Assembly (NCBI GenBank): GCA_035568195.1
Contig: DATMOQ010000151.1
Location: 1-33,645 of the forward strand
DNA from: Gemmatimonadales bacterium
Lineage (GTDB): Bacteria; Gemmatimonadota; Gemmatimonadetes; Gemmatimonadales; GWC2-71-9
Length of the DNA: 33,645 nt
Direction: 5' to 3'
Positions 27,842 through 33,645 of this stretch are shown here, piece after piece (position 1 is the first letter of the stretch; the number at the start of each line of letters is the position of its first letter). The notes beneath the pieces are model-generated. The model was not told where the DNA came from, did not search any database, and worked only from the letters and a program-made list of their open reading frames with translations. A program made the position numbers and the translations under genes.

Positions 27842-28500
27842 GACTGCGCTCCCACTGCCGCCACTCCGAGCTGAACCAGCAGCGGATGTGCGCTCCAGAG
27901 AGACTTCATCAAGTCGCCGCTCCCCGACGCCGAAAAGACCCTGGCCCCGTCCACGAGGAGGATGGTGGGCGTATCCGCCGGCGCCGTCCCCTGCGAGAGG
28001 CCCTCCGAGTCGTCCGCCTCGCCCGCGATTCGCACCTGGAGCGTCGCGCGCGCGGCCGCTCGGCGCCAGGCCGGGAGGGAAGGGCGCCAGAGCTCTCCGG
28101 ACACCGTGCCCGCAACACTCCGCTCCGCGCGGGCGACCAGCTGCTGCAGGGCGTTGACCGTGCCGCGCAGACCGTCGGCGCCATGCACTGTCGGCTCGGC
28201 TCCTGCACTGGCTCCTTCGAGCGCCCGGCTGAGGCGATCCAGCGCCTGGCCTTGAGTGGCCGCGACCCGGGCGATCAGCCCGGATGGGTCAGCCGGGCGG
28301 TACAGCGCGGGGCGCCCGCCGGTGGTGGTAGCTGCCCCCCGGGAGACCAGACCCTCGAGCGCCGAGTAAGCGTTGGCGCGGGCCAGGCGGCAGGCGCGCG
28401 CGACCGCGTACCCGGTGGAGGGACCCAGGCGGAGGAGCGACGCGTAGACGACGGACTCGGTGGGGGTGAAGCCGAAGGGAGTGAGGTCGATTTGGGCCAT
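27838..28500 (-). CDS. TrmB-family (winged-helix) transcriptional regulator
   Basis: 220 aa. The N-terminal LTPFGFTPTESVVYASLLRLGPSTGYAVARACRLARANAYSALEGLVSRG fits the TrmB HTH pattern. I do not recognise the C-terminal domain. Confidence 0.7.
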   Translation of the reverse strand: MAQIDLTPFGFTPTESVVYASLLRLGPSTGYAVARACRLARANAYSALEGLVSRGAATTTGGRPALYRPADPSGLIARVAATQGQALDRLSRALEGASAGAEPTVHGADGLRGTVNALQQLVARAERSVAGTVSGELWRPSLPAWRRAAARATLQVRIAGEADDSEGLSQGTAPADTPTILLVDGARVFSASGSGDLMKSLWSAHPLLVQLGVAAVGAQS

Positions 28501-28529
28501 AGCGTAGTAGTAGAAGCTACTACGCTATG
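28498..28529. promoter_or_regulatory. perfect 13-bp-arm inverted repeat overlapping the start codon of the TrmB-like gene (candidate operator)
   Basis: CATAGCGTAGTAG-tagaag-CTACTACGCTATG, with 13 of 13 arm positions complementary. CAT at 28498-28500 is the regulator's ATG read on the other strand. On the minus strand, TTGACC-N18-TAGCTT sits upstream of and inside the repeat. Confidence 0.5.
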
Positions 28530-28543
28530 GCCCTCTTGGTCAA

Positions 28544-29608
28544 CTAAACGACTTCGATGGGGAGCCCCAGCAGCCTGGCGATGAGAGCCAGGCGGAAGGT
28601 GACGTCGGTCTGACGCTGGGCGGGACTCTTGCCGGCCCCCTCGAGGGGAAAGTAGTGGGTGATGACGGTACTGTCGGTCTTCGGCAGCGAGCGCAGGGCC
28701 TTGGGGGTCCAGATGCCCTGGTCGTCACACTCGCTGTAAAGCCGCGCCAGCACCTTGCCCGCCGACGGCACCTGACGCACCAGGCCCAGCCGGGCCAGGA
28801 TCTCCAGCCAGTAGACCGCGAAGGGGACGTCCGGGATATGGCCGTGGGCGTCGGCCCGCAGCGGATCTCCCATCAGCACGAACAGCGGGGGCAGCACCTT
28901 CTTCCCGGCCAGCTGGAAGAACGCGCGCTTGGGGGCGGGATTCGAGAAGTACGCCCCCAGACGCTCGACGAATCCGGACCGCTCCCGCTGCAGCGCCGGC
29001 AGGAACGCGAGCATCTCCATCGCGAAAATCGACGGGGGCGCCGCTTCCGGCTCGATCACCGTCTTGCCCTGGGCCTTCTTGAAGGGCTTCTGGAGCAGGG
29101 GGCTCCGGAGGTACAGGGAAATGGCGGTCAGGATGTTGTGCGCGGCGCCGCGAAGCCGCGGGTCCTCGCCACGCGAGGCGCGCGCCAGCGCGGCCGCCGC
29201 GGCCTCCCGCCCCATGTTCCGCGCCCAGATGCCCAGTCCCGGATCGGACTTGGCCGCGCGCTGGAACTCGAGGAGCAACGTCGGATCGGGGTCTCGGGAC
29301 AGGAGCCGGAACAGGAAGCGGTCGGCAATCTTGAAGACCCGCTGATCTGTCGGCCAACCCATTTCCAGGAGGCGGCGGTACTGAAACACGGTGCCCACCT
29401 CGGTCCATCCCATCGCCTTGTTGGGGCCCGGTGCGAGGAGATTCGCCCCCCACAATCCGGTGTCCCGCTGCTTCCGCGCGATGGCCTGCGCCGGCTTGTA
29501 CTCGAGTGCCAGCCGTCCGAGCTCGGCCAGGCGCTCAGGATCGCGCGCTCCCTCGGGTGCTGCTTCCGCCATGGCCCGGTATTGAATGGGCGGACTTGCT
29601 GCTTCCAT
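28544..29608 (-). CDS. hypothetical protein (about 354 aa; an alternative TTG start at 29704 gives 386 aa)
   Basis: Long GC3-rich ORF that I cannot assign to a family. It contains repeated small G-x-W motifs (DTGLWGAN, MGWTEVG, DDQGIWTP) and a helical repeat character. I chose the first ATG, at 29608. The start is uncertain. Confidence 0.6.
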   Translation of the reverse strand: MEAASPPIQYRAMAEAAPEGARDPERLAELGRLALEYKPAQAIARKQRDTGLWGANLLAPGPNKAMGWTEVGTVFQYRRLLEMGWPTDQRVFKIADRFLFRLLSRDPDPTLLLEFQRAAKSDPGLGIWARNMGREAAAAALARASRGEDPRLRGAAHNILTAISLYLRSPLLQKPFKKAQGKTVIEPEAAPPSIFAMEMLAFLPALQRERSGFVERLGAYFSNPAPKRAFFQLAGKKVLPPLFVLMGDPLRADAHGHIPDVPFAVYWLEILARLGLVRQVPSAGKVLARLYSECDDQGIWTPKALRSLPKTDSTVITHYFPLEGAGKSPAQRQTDVTFRLALIARLLGLPIEVV

Positions 29609-29783
29609 GAGCCAGGACAACGGAAGGCGATGGGAGGTGGGAAGTTCCAGGGTGTCTCCAGGGCAGGCGTTTGGCGCTACCGCGACTGTCAAAAACGGGC
29701 GCAAACTTACCTGACCCCTGACAGTACAGCAATGACTCGCCGATCGGAGCCGAGTCTTTCCCTATAACCCTTTCATTCGCAGC

Positions 29784-29811
29784 ATCTTACAAATTGCCCT
29801 TACACTGCAAA
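29784..29811 (-). promoter_or_regulatory. candidate sigma-70-type promoter (TTTGCA-N16-TAAGAT) for the 354-aa hypothetical gene
   Basis: On the minus strand, TTTGCA (29811-29806) and TAAGAT (29789-29784) are separated by 16 nt. They sit in the relatively AT-rich stretch right after the M28 stop codon. Motif match only. Confidence 0.25.
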
Positions 29812-29819
29812 GTGTTGCA

Positions 29820-31460
29820 CTAATGACGCTTGAAATCGGCGCCCGGCAACCACTCGGGCATGCCCGGCGCGTCGGCGATGGCCAGCGCCAACCGCATCAC
29901 CACCCGCACCTCCTGACTCATCCCGTCATACCGGAAGAGCGGCGTCCACTCGTCCGAAGGCTGATGGTAACGGTGCTGCTCGAATTCGTCCGCCTGCTCT
30001 TTCCCCCAGCCCGCCGGCTTCCCGACGAAATCGAGTCCGGGCTGGATCGAGAGTGACGGGACCCCCGCCTTGGCGAACGGGAAATGATCGGACCGGAAGA
30101 ACCCGCCCCCGACGTCGGGGCTGTTCGCCACGCGGAGCGACTCGGCCGCGGCCGCGTTCGCGAACAGCGTCCCCAGAGTCGATTGATCATTCCCCAGCGC
30201 TCCGATATCCCGCGTGGCTCCGCGGACATTCACCTCATCGAGGTTGATGTCGGCGGCAGTCTGCGCGATCGGCACCAGCGGATGCGCCACATACCCCGCG
30301 GACCCCAGGAGCCCGCTCTCCTCCGCCGTGGTGGCGATGAACAGAACCGACCGCTTGGGCCGGCGCGGCATCCGGGAGAGCGCCTCGGCGGTCGCCAGCA
30401 TCGCCGCCACGCCCGACGCGTTGTCTTCGGCGCCGTTGTAGATCGAGTCCCCGTTCACCGCCGGCCCTATCCCCTTGTGATCCCAGTGGGCCGAAATCAC
30501 CACGACCTGGGAGGACAAGGCCGGGTCCGAGCCGCGGAGCCTGGCCACCACGTTTTCGCTCGGCACGTGTCTCACGGCGCTCGCCAGGTCCAGGGCCGCG
30601 TGGAGGCCGGTGGCCACGGGCACAAAATCACGGCGCGCCGCCGCCCGGGTCAGGGAATCGAGGCTCATTCCCACCGACTGCAGCGCGGCCTGCACCGCGT
30701 CGTGGCTGGCCCAGGACGCGAAGGTGAGGCCCGGCCCCGTGGCCCCGTCCAGCTGAAACTGCTCGACCGACCAGGAGCCGCGGACCACATCCCAGCCGTA
30801 GGTCGCGCTCTGGTTGGTGTGAATCAGCACCACACCCAGCGCGCCCTGCCGCGCGGCCTCCTCGAGCTTGTAGGTCCAGCGGCCGTAGTACGTGAGCACG
30901 GCGCCCTTGAACATCGTGGAATCCTGAATCCCGGGATCGTTCACGAGCATCAGGAGGATCTTGCCGTGCAGATCCACTCCCTTGTAGTCATCCCAGCGCC
31001 ATTCGGGCGCCTTGATCCCGTATCCCACGAAAACCACGTCTCCGTCCACCGTAATCCGGGGGTCCGGCTGCATGGCCCACGCGACGAATTCATCGCCCGG
31101 CTTCAAGCTGCGGGTGTCGGCTCCGCGTCCCCAGACGAATGAGGGCTGCTGCGTCAGGGTCCCGGCGAGCGCGACAGGCTGGTAGTAGGAGCCATCCACC
31201 CCGGCGGGCTCGAGTCCCAGCGCTTCGAATTGCGCCGCGATGTATGCCGTGGCCAGGTGCCCGCCCCGGGTGGCCGGGGCCCGGCCTTCCAGGAGGTCGC
31301 TCGCCAGGAATCGCAGGTGGGCTTCCATCGCGCGCTCGCTGGGCGCCGGCAGGATCGAGGCCGGGAGAGTCACCGAAGCTGCGGGCCGCTGAGCCGCGAG
31401 CGCGGAGGCCGCCCCCGACCAGGCACCGAAGATCAAGGCAAAAAGTCGAATTGGTCGCAT
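29820..31460 (-). CDS. M28-family aminopeptidase with PA (protease-associated) domain, secreted
   Basis: I chose the ATG at 31460, which gives the signal peptide MRPIRLFALIFGAWSGAASALAAQ. The track start at 31691 adds 77 residues and would overlap the divergent gene. PA-like segment GKILLMLVND. M28 metal-ligand contexts: ISAHWDH, GAEDNASG, TAEESGLLGS, and a conserved C-terminal His context (HRYHQPSD). Confidence 0.85.
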   Translation of the reverse strand: MRPIRLFALIFGAWSGAASALAAQRPAASVTLPASILPAPSERAMEAHLRFLASDLLEGRAPATRGGHLATAYIAAQFEALGLEPAGVDGSYYQPVALAGTLTQQPSFVWGRGADTRSLKPGDEFVAWAMQPDPRITVDGDVVFVGYGIKAPEWRWDDYKGVDLHGKILLMLVNDPGIQDSTMFKGAVLTYYGRWTYKLEEAARQGALGVVLIHTNQSATYGWDVVRGSWSVEQFQLDGATGPGLTFASWASHDAVQAALQSVGMSLDSLTRAAARRDFVPVATGLHAALDLASAVRHVPSENVVARLRGSDPALSSQVVVISAHWDHKGIGPAVNGDSIYNGAEDNASGVAAMLATAEALSRMPRRPKRSVLFIATTAEESGLLGSAGYVAHPLVPIAQTAADINLDEVNVRGATRDIGALGNDQSTLGTLFANAAAAESLRVANSPDVGGGFFRSDHFPFAKAGVPSLSIQPGLDFVGKPAGWGKEQADEFEQHRYHQPSDEWTPLFRYDGMSQEVRVVMRLALAIADAPGMPEWLPGADFKRH

Positions 31461-31476
31461 TTGCGGGAACCAATCG

Positions 31477-31498
31477 CCTTGCTCCGCCCGGAGCAAGG
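31477..31498. promoter_or_regulatory. perfect 22-bp palindrome in the 52-bp divergent intergenic region
   Basis: CCTTGCTCCG-CC-CGGAGCAAGG, with 10 of 10 arm positions complementary. On the plus strand it is followed by GGTCATTTTTCGGC and then the ATG at 31513. Confidence 0.45.
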
Positions 31499-31512
31499 GG
31501 TCATTTTTCGGC

Positions 31513-33534
31513 ATGCTCGAGTCCCTCAAGTCTCGCACCGTCAATAAGCTGCCTGATCGGGTCCGCTTTGAGGGGCGCGTGCTGTTCCTCACCGAAGACG
31601 CCGGGCTGGTACGGCAGCAGTTGTCCGGCCAGGATCTGCCCTGGCCTCCGGCGGTCCCGCTGCGGGACAATATCTCGACCGACGAGATCACCCCCGCCTA
31701 CATCTGCTACTACTACGACGAAACCCTGGGCGAATTTCCCTACCTGGGCCTCAAGTGCGGCGACCAGTTCCCGATCACCCGTGGCTCGGTCAAGCAGGGT
31801 GGGTTCGTCGCGTCCGTGTCCGGAAAGCGCCGGGGGAAGGGCTCGTCTCGGGAGCAGTCGCCTTACGCCGAGATGTGCGCCGGCATCAAGCTGGTGATTG
31901 CGGAGAACATCGAGCGGATCTACCGCGAGAATTGTCAGAACCTGGGCGTTCTCACCACCACCGACTTCTCGATCATCGACCGCGTCCGCCGGGGCGAGGA
32001 GATCCCCCTCTCAGCCTTCACCGAGGGCGAGGGCGAGATCACCCGCGGCATCATTGAGTACGGCGGCCTCTTCAACTACAACGTGGCCCGCCTGCAGGGC
32101 ACGGTCGTCTTGAAGCCGCCGGCCACCCCACGCCGTCCCATGACTCTGGGCGAAAAAGTGCTCGCCCGTCACTGGGTGGTCGACCCGTCCCGCGGCAAAG
32201 TCGGCGTGCCGTCCGTGAAGCCGGGGGACGAGGGGTTCGTCGTCACCGACATCCGCTTCAGCCACGAATACGTCACTCCGATGGCGGCGATCTTCTTCGA
32301 GCAGCTGGTGGGCCGGGACGAGAAGGTGCTGGACCCCGCGTCCGTCCTCCTCTTCCGGGACCACCTGACCTTCCTCGCCGAAGCGATGACCCCGGAGCGG
32401 ATCAAGGAGGGTCTGCTGGGCGTCGCCAACCAGCTCGAGAAGAAGCAGCGGGAATTCGCCCAGAAGCAGGGCATCCGCCTCTACGGCGAGCTGCGCCTGG
32501 GGCACCATGGGTCCGAAGCCATCTGTCACTCGAAAATCCTCGAGTCCCACGCCTTGCCCGGGCAGGTGATCATCGGCTCGGACTCTCACACGCCGCACGC
32601 CGGCGCGGTGGGGTGCGTCGCCTTCGGCGTCGGCACCACCGCGATCTTCAATTCCTGGATCACGAAGGACGTGCGACTCACCGTGCCCGAAACGGTGAAG
32701 GTCGTGGTGAAGGGCGCCAAGCCCACGAACGTCACCGCCAAGGACTACATGCTCGAGATTCTCCGCCATCCGTACATCAAGAGCGGCCAGGCGATCGGCA
32801 AGTTGGTGGAGTACTGCGGCGCGGCGGTCGAAGCGCTTTCCGTGGACGAGCGGGCGACGATGACGAACATGACGGCCGAGGTGGGCGGGTTCACGGGATA
32901 CGTCGCTCCCGACGAAAAGACCGTCGCCTACCTGATGGACTACCGGAAGATGACCCGCGCCGAGGCCGAGAAGGTCTGCGCCGACCTGGCGTCCGACCCC
33001 GGGGCCGAGTACTGCGAGGTGATCGAGATCGACTCGTCGGCGCTGAAGCCGATGGTGGCCCTGCCTGGCGATCCGGGGAACGGGGCCTACATCGACGAGC
33101 TGGGCGCGCCCGTGAAGGTCGAGATCGCGTACGCCGGCTCGTGCACCGCGGGCAAGAAAGAGGACATGGACATGTATGCCCGCGTGCTGCAGGAAGCGGT
33201 GGACCGCGGGCAGCGGGTGGCGCCGGGCGTGAAGTTCTTCATTCAGTCGGGATCCCAGGACGTGAAGCGGTATTGCGAGGAGAAGGGCTACCTGGACCTC
33301 TTCCAGCGGGTGGGCGCCACGTTCCTGGAGCCGTCGTGCGGAGCCTGCATCAACGCGGGACCGGGCGTGTCCCGCACCAAAGACGAAGTCACCATCAGCG
33401 CCATCAACCGCAACTTTCCGGGCCGCTCCGGCCCGGGCCAGCTGTATCTCGCCAACCCCTACACCGTGGCCGCCTCCGCCATCGCGGGCGTCATCACGGA
33501 GTGGGCGCCGGAGGAGAAGGCTCCGTCCCGGTAA
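31513..33534 (+). CDS. aconitase-superfamily dehydratase with permuted domain order (swivel/LeuD-like domain first, then the Fe-S catalytic domains)
   Basis: 673 aa. The N-terminal roughly 190 aa are LeuD/swivel-like (DNISTDEITPA, GKGSSREQSP, IAENIERIYRENCQNLG). The catalytic domains follow, with GSDSHTPHAG, AGSCTAGK and EPSCGACINAG (three Cys ligand contexts), plus NRNFPGRSG. Confidence 0.85.
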   Translation: MLESLKSRTVNKLPDRVRFEGRVLFLTEDAGLVRQQLSGQDLPWPPAVPLRDNISTDEITPAYICYYYDETLGEFPYLGLKCGDQFPITRGSVKQGGFVASVSGKRRGKGSSREQSPYAEMCAGIKLVIAENIERIYRENCQNLGVLTTTDFSIIDRVRRGEEIPLSAFTEGEGEITRGIIEYGGLFNYNVARLQGTVVLKPPATPRRPMTLGEKVLARHWVVDPSRGKVGVPSVKPGDEGFVVTDIRFSHEYVTPMAAIFFEQLVGRDEKVLDPASVLLFRDHLTFLAEAMTPERIKEGLLGVANQLEKKQREFAQKQGIRLYGELRLGHHGSEAICHSKILESHALPGQVIIGSDSHTPHAGAVGCVAFGVGTTAIFNSWITKDVRLTVPETVKVVVKGAKPTNVTAKDYMLEILRHPYIKSGQAIGKLVEYCGAAVEALSVDERATMTNMTAEVGGFTGYVAPDEKTVAYLMDYRKMTRAEAEKVCADLASDPGAEYCEVIEIDSSALKPMVALPGDPGNGAYIDELGAPVKVEIAYAGSCTAGKKEDMDMYARVLQEAVDRGQRVAPGVKFFIQSGSQDVKRYCEEKGYLDLFQRVGATFLEPSCGACINAGPGVSRTKDEVTISAINRNFPGRSGPGQLYLANPYTVAASAIAGVITEWAPEEKAPSR

Positions 33535-33645
33535 CGCGGATCTTGAGGGAGTGAATCCCGCCCGAGAAGCTTCGCGTGCTCGTCACGGTCGTGGCTGAAT
33601 CCGGTACCAGCTTCGCGGTCAGATGGAAATCCCCGTTCATCGTGC
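33494..33645 (-). CDS. possible 3' end of a convergent gene (5' end outside the window)
   Basis: The minus-strand frame starting at 33643 reads TMNGDFHLTAKLVPDSATTVTSTRSFSGGIHSLKIRVTGTEPSPPAPTP*. About 30 of the first 36 codons end in G or C, against roughly half in the other open frame. Stop TGA at 33496-33494, which is 41 nt inside the aconitase-family gene. The ORF is too short for the track threshold. Confidence 0.3.
   Translation of the reverse strand, partial: TMNGDFHLTAKLVPDSATTVTSTRSFSGGIHSLKIRVTGTEPSPPAPTP

Noticed and set aside
31380-31512. Leucine-type attenuator or T-box leader in front of the LeuCD-like aconitase-family gene
   Set aside because: The intergenic region is only 52 bp. 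It has no leader-peptide ORF, no T-box specifier or antiterminator elements, and no U-tract immediately abutting the hairpin. An operator palindrome is the simpler reading, and I report it separately.

Overview
GC-rich bacterial chromosomal segment (about two-thirds G+C by eye, strong GC3 bias in the real frames). It is densely packed with about 27 protein-coding genes. I found no rRNA, tRNA, CRISPR array, transposase, integrase, phage gene or recognisable defence gene. This looks like core or housekeeping DNA from a GC-rich Gram-negative lineage. Gemmatimonadota-like is my guess from gene content and protein style only, and I could not verify it.

Gene content, left to right:
- deoxyhypusine-synthase-like 3' fragment, then an MFS transporter coupled to a four-zinc-ribbon/HExxH metallopeptidase-like protein
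- DUF481 outer-membrane protein and a Bax-inhibitor/YccA membrane protein
- secreted HEAT-repeat protein with a (His-Pro)5/(Met-Pro)7 tail
- glpD (minus strand)
- fadI, fadJ, proline dehydrogenase, a small ORF and rsgA, all tightly coupled
- MazG-like gene (minus strand)
- DUF1015, a small ORF and an amidohydrolase lipoprotein
- TPR protein, S41 peptidase and a fused E1 alpha/beta 2-oxoacid dehydrogenase
- Ser/Thr kinase (minus strand) divergent from lon
- minus-strand block: M28 peptidase, a 354-aa unknown, TrmB-like regulator, alpha/beta hydrolase, TetR
- a swivel-domain-first aconitase-family enzyme

Many long ORFs in the track are antisense or out-of-frame shadow ORFs typical of high-GC DNA, and I rejected them.

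I do not see a convincing novel multi-gene system. The observations most worth follow-up are:
1. a perfect 13-bp-arm palindrome covering the start codon of the TrmB-like regulator, at the head of a regulator-hydrolase-regulator operon
2. a near-consensus sigma-54 -24/-12 element upstream of lon
3. a perfect 22-bp palindrome between the M28 peptidase and the permuted aconitase-family gene
4. the permuted aconitase-family enzyme itself
5. the multi-zinc-ribbon metallopeptidase coupled to an MFS transporter
6. hexanucleotide coding microsatellites in the HEAT protein
7. stop codons overlapping at every convergent gene junction

All functional calls come from motif recognition by eye. No database search was run.
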